Assembly: GCA_965603825.1 (NCBI GenBank)
Contig: CBFDEM010000040.1
Coordinates: 744,001 to 808,000 of the forward strand
Source of the DNA: Blepharisma stoltei ATCC 30299
Lineage: Eukaryota; Protista; Ciliophora
Length of the DNA: 64,000 nucleotides
Reading direction: 5' to 3'
Shown one piece after another: positions 60,864-64,000 of this stretch. The notes beneath the pieces were generated by a model. That model was not told the origin of the DNA and made no database searches. It was given only the letters and a program-made list of their open reading frames with translations. A program made the translations under genes and the position numbers. Numbering within the stretch: the first letter of the stretch is position 1; each line of letters begins with the position of its first letter.

Positions 60864-63638
60864 CTACCTCATTTTAGTCAAAGTCCTTTGTTTATCTGCA
60901 TGAATAACTAACTTTTCATCAGTTGCCAGTCCTTTTCTCCTCCTCACCTTATTAATGATGCTCTTCGGCAAGTTTTCCAATATCGGCTGCTCTCCGAACT
61001 CTTCCAGCTGCTCTTGTGTTTTATGGGTATAAAACGGGTCCTCCACAATCATCTGCCAATGTGAAAAAGTCAGCTGCGGCATTACAGCTCCGCTCGTCAT
61101 AATCCTCAGCTCATCAGAGAACCCAAAGCTTTCCACCACAGGCAAAAATGTTTTACACACGTACATATCAGTCCCTTCAGTCAAAATTTCCTGCACAATT
61201 TTTCCTCTTTTTCTATTAATAACAGCATAAAGGCGTCCAATGTGCTCTTGGGTGGTCTGAAACGTGCATTCATACATCCCTTCTACAATTCGTGGAGAAT
61301 TAGCTAAAACAGCTCCTCTGCATGCGTCTCTCATAGTGCAAATTACTTGGCCTTGGAAAGGTCCATATGGATCTTTTGTTTCTTCTGAATTTGAAATTTT
61401 GACTTCTTCTATAACAAAGCAGACACCTCTAAGGGGTTCGCCACATAGTGGGCCAGAGTTATTGGCAAGATCAAAGCCTGCGATAAAAGCATTAGGCAAA
61501 TCAAAGTCGCAGCCTGAAAATTTTGATGCATTGGTGGAGCTTCCGTTTTCGTCTCCGCTCTCTGATTCTTCTTTGGTTTCTTCTTTAGGCTCGGACGATT
61601 CTAGTATGGATTTTTTTTCTTTGTAAATTAGCATGTTATTGCCTGCTCGGCGAGGGCCGAATGAGAAGAGATGCTCTTCAATTAAGGTTTTTAGTGGCTG
61701 TGGGCAAGTGGTTAAAAGGTTTTTGAATTCTTCAATAAATGCAGATTTTAATTCAGTAGAAGGTTTAGCAAAAACACCAAAGATTTGTTTCATTACTTCT
61801 TGCTTTTCATCCAAAAAGTTCAAAATATGCTCAGGGATCGGATAAGCAGAAACAGTCATTGAGCACAACTTATTCGGAGTAATATCTGTAAATTGCTTCC
61901 CTTCCAACACAATAGTCTCCTTAAAACTCACAAGTGGCTCACTAACAGTCACAGGGACTTTCGCGAAATTTTCTTCAAGATCTTTTATACACCTTTGTAA
62001 ATGAACTTCTCCGCATACAGCAATTATATGCTCACCGTTATCTTGTACGTACACTTCTATAGAGTTATCAGATCGGTCTAACATCTGAAGCCCTTGAACC
62101 ATGCTATTCATATCATACAAATTCACAGGCTGTACTGAAACTTTTACTATTGGCGACGCTTTGTGAGGAATAGGCGTAAATGTAGGACAGTCAGGAATTG
62201 ACGATAAAGTCCCTGTTTTAAACACAACGTGCTCCAAAGAGCCAATCCCTACAATTGTCCCTGCAGGTGCACTATCTACAGGTATCAAATACTGCCCCAT
62301 AAGTAAATACAATTTTTCAATCAAGCACTCAATCACGTCTCCTTTGTTTTCTATCACATAAATTGGTGTATTTCTCGTCAAAGTCCCTGAAAACACTCTG
62401 CTAAAAGCTATCAAAGTTTCATTATAGTCTATTTCCTCGCCTGGTTTTCTATTAATATGGATACTTGGATCAATTGACACCATTTTGCTCACAAAAACTG
62501 AAATCGGCCCTGCTTGGTCGCATGCAGAAACACTTGTAAATAATTCTGGGCATTTTTCTTCTAATGCAGGTGCAATCACTTTTATTCGTTCCCCTTGCGC
62601 TTTTATAGGGCTTGGCAGGTTTCTGACGATCATCGACAATATTGATTTATCAATTGGCATCCATGAGCTCATAACTGCTTGCAAAGTAGTTCTCGGCTCA
62701 TTGTTCAAGTAGCTCATATCTCTTTGAGATACTGCAATATCGATTTTTTCTAGCATAGATGTCAGCTTTTCTGGGTTTTTGTTGATCATAATGCAGTCGT
62801 AAATTCTCCATAGTGGCTCCAGCACAAACTGTACAAACATTGGCTGGCATTTTTCGCTGAATTTTTTTTTGACGACTTTTTTGCTTTTCGGGTTATAGTA
62901 AAACTCGCCCCAAAAGCAGCTGCAAAGAGCTTTAGGGTTGAATCCCATTTTTTTCGCATAAATATCTGCGAATTCTCGCAATGTGAACGCCCACCTATCT
63001 AGTGCACTTGAAAAGGCCACATTTCCAAGCTCTGGCTTAAAAAAGAAGCTTTCTTCGTCGCTTTCGTCGTCTACGACTCTTCCTCTTTTTTCGTAATAAA
63101 ACCCACTGACGACTGCGTTTACCTTTTCTACAATGGAATTTAAATGCTTATATGCATCTTCTGGGGTCATTCTCAGCTCGTTTATGAGCCTATCGATTTT
63201 GTTTAGAACTAAACAGACCCTTATGCCCTCGTCCCAGCTCTGTTTCAGCACAGTGTAGGTCTGTGCACAAAACCCTTCGACAACGTCTATTAGTAACAGG
63301 CCACCGTCACAGACCCTCAGAGCGGCTGCGACTTCAGATGAGAAATCGACATGTCCAGGGGAATCAATAAGGTTGATAAGGTAGGAGGTTTCTTGCATAG
63401 GGTAAATAAGGGAAATTGAGCTTGATTTCATTGTAATGCACCTTGCTTGCTCATCGGGACGGGAATCAAGATAACGCAACTTTCCTGCGAGCTTTGGGGA
63501 TATTATCTGGTTAGAAGAGATTAAGCTATCAGAAAGAGAAGTTTTACCATGGTCAACGTGAGCGAGAATAGATATATTTCGGATTAATTCAGGGTGTGAA
63601 CGAAGTTCGAGAATCTCTGATTGCTTCTTCCAGTTCAT
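60864..63638 (-). CDS. EFL1: Elongation factor-like GTPase 1 (Ria1/EFL1)
   Basis: AHVDHGKTS, LRYLDSR.DEQ.R.ITMKSS, DSPGHVDF, NKID, GEVHLQRC, DPF..EEFG, RRRKGL..EK.V..A.KQRTL. Confidence 0.93.
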   Translation of the reverse strand: MNWKKQSEILELRSHPELIRNISILAHVDHGKTSLSDSLISSNQIISPKLAGKLRYLDSRPDEQARCITMKSSSISLIYPMQETSYLINLIDSPGHVDFSSEVAAALRVCDGGLLLIDVVEGFCAQTYTVLKQSWDEGIRVCLVLNKIDRLINELRMTPEDAYKHLNSIVEKVNAVVSGFYYEKRGRVVDDESDEESFFFKPELGNVAFSSALDRWAFTLREFADIYAKKMGFNPKALCSCFWGEFYYNPKSKKVVKKKFSEKCQPMFVQFVLEPLWRIYDCIMINKNPEKLTSMLEKIDIAVSQRDMSYLNNEPRTTLQAVMSSWMPIDKSILSMIVRNLPSPIKAQGERIKVIAPALEEKCPELFTSVSACDQAGPISVFVSKMVSIDPSIHINRKPGEEIDYNETLIAFSRVFSGTLTRNTPIYVIENKGDVIECLIEKLYLLMGQYLIPVDSAPAGTIVGIGSLEHVVFKTGTLSSIPDCPTFTPIPHKASPIVKVSVQPVNLYDMNSMVQGLQMLDRSDNSIEVYVQDNGEHIIAVCGEVHLQRCIKDLEENFAKVPVTVSEPLVSFKETIVLEGKQFTDITPNKLCSMTVSAYPIPEHILNFLDEKQEVMKQIFGVFAKPSTELKSAFIEEFKNLLTTCPQPLKTLIEEHLFSFGPRRAGNNMLIYKEKKSILESSEPKEETKEESESGDENGSSTNASKFSGCDFDLPNAFIAGFDLANNSGPLCGEPLRGVCFVIEEVKISNSEETKDPYGPFQGQVICTMRDACRGAVLANSPRIVEGMYECTFQTTQEHIGRLYAVINRKRGKIVQEILTEGTDMYVCKTFLPVVESFGFSDELRIMTSGAVMPQLTFSHWQMIVEDPFYTHKTQEQLEEFGEQPILENLPKSIINKVRRRKGLATDEKLVIHADKQRTLTKMR

Positions 63639-63791
63639 AAGAAAAATATGTCTTGGAAATTAATTAGGGAATATTTAAATTCTTTAGAAATTATTGAAAT
63701 GATCTCAGAAAAGATAATAGAAGATTTTCAGAATAAGAAAATTTTAGAAAATAGATATTAATATTTGTTTTTTAAAAAAGTTCTGTGAAGC

Positions 63792-64000
63792 CTAGTCGAC
63801 TCGTTTCATCAGCTTTCTAAGTTCTCGGTTTTCAGACATCAATTCTGAATTTTGCCTAGCTAAAGTTTCCAATTGCTTTTGGATATCAAACGCAGGTGGA
63901 GTTTCGTCTCCATCAGATAAAATAGTCATCATCATGCGCTTATGGGTTTCTAACATATCAGTGATCTAAATAGTTGATACGTTATTGTTTAGCTGTGATG
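63792..64000 (-). CDS. 3' end of a coiled-coil gene extending beyond the window
   Basis: Open frame ITDMLETHK...MKRVD-TAG preceded by intron 63966-63980. Confidence 0.65.
63966..63980 (-). other. 15-nt intron GTATCAACTATTTAG
   Basis: Phase 0, removes TAG, A at -6. Confidence 0.75.

Noticed and set aside
1-64000. Prokaryotic features (operons, CRISPR, IS elements), telomeric repeats, tRNA/rRNA
   Set aside because: None seen by eye. Gene content and introns are eukaryotic.

Overview
This is gene-dense, AT-rich eukaryotic DNA, not prokaryotic. Two features dominate. (1) TGA is read as Trp: I count about 55 in-frame TGAs by hand, many at invariant Trp positions (cyclin-box MRSILID-W, FYVE W, PH C-terminal W, USP His-box W), and every intact gene model ends in TAA or TAG. 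(2) Introns are minute: 15 nt (two of 16 nt), GT..AG, with an invariant A six nt from the 3' end. This combination points to the macronuclear genome of a heterotrich ciliate, most likely Blepharisma (inference). The supplied standard-code ORF track therefore fragments or misses most genes. Re-reading gives about 42 genes, including Kelch, START, PH-FYVE, guanylate kinase, a CDPK7-like EF-hand/PH/kinase, kinesin, FAM136A-like, SAS-4/CENPJ-like, ankyrin-DHHC, Sec23, RPS15A, TruA, Sec63, P4-ATPase, USP, mitotic cyclin, calcyphosin-like, POC1, prenyl synthase, three PAP2 proteins, ABHD11-like, TMEM104-like, YME1 and EFL1. Two birth-and-death loci are present: a four-copy 4-TM family, and a decayed tandem duplication at POC1. 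Other notable items are 14-16 bp spacers between co-directional genes, PAP2 paralogs with PSGD in place of PSGH (one next to a prenyl synthase), an acylated DUF4430/transcobalamin-like protein, and an E2F/MYB/CHR-like module upstream of the cyclin. I saw no tRNA, rRNA, CRISPR array, transposase, telomere repeat or retained IES. All calls come from manual reading, with no database searches.
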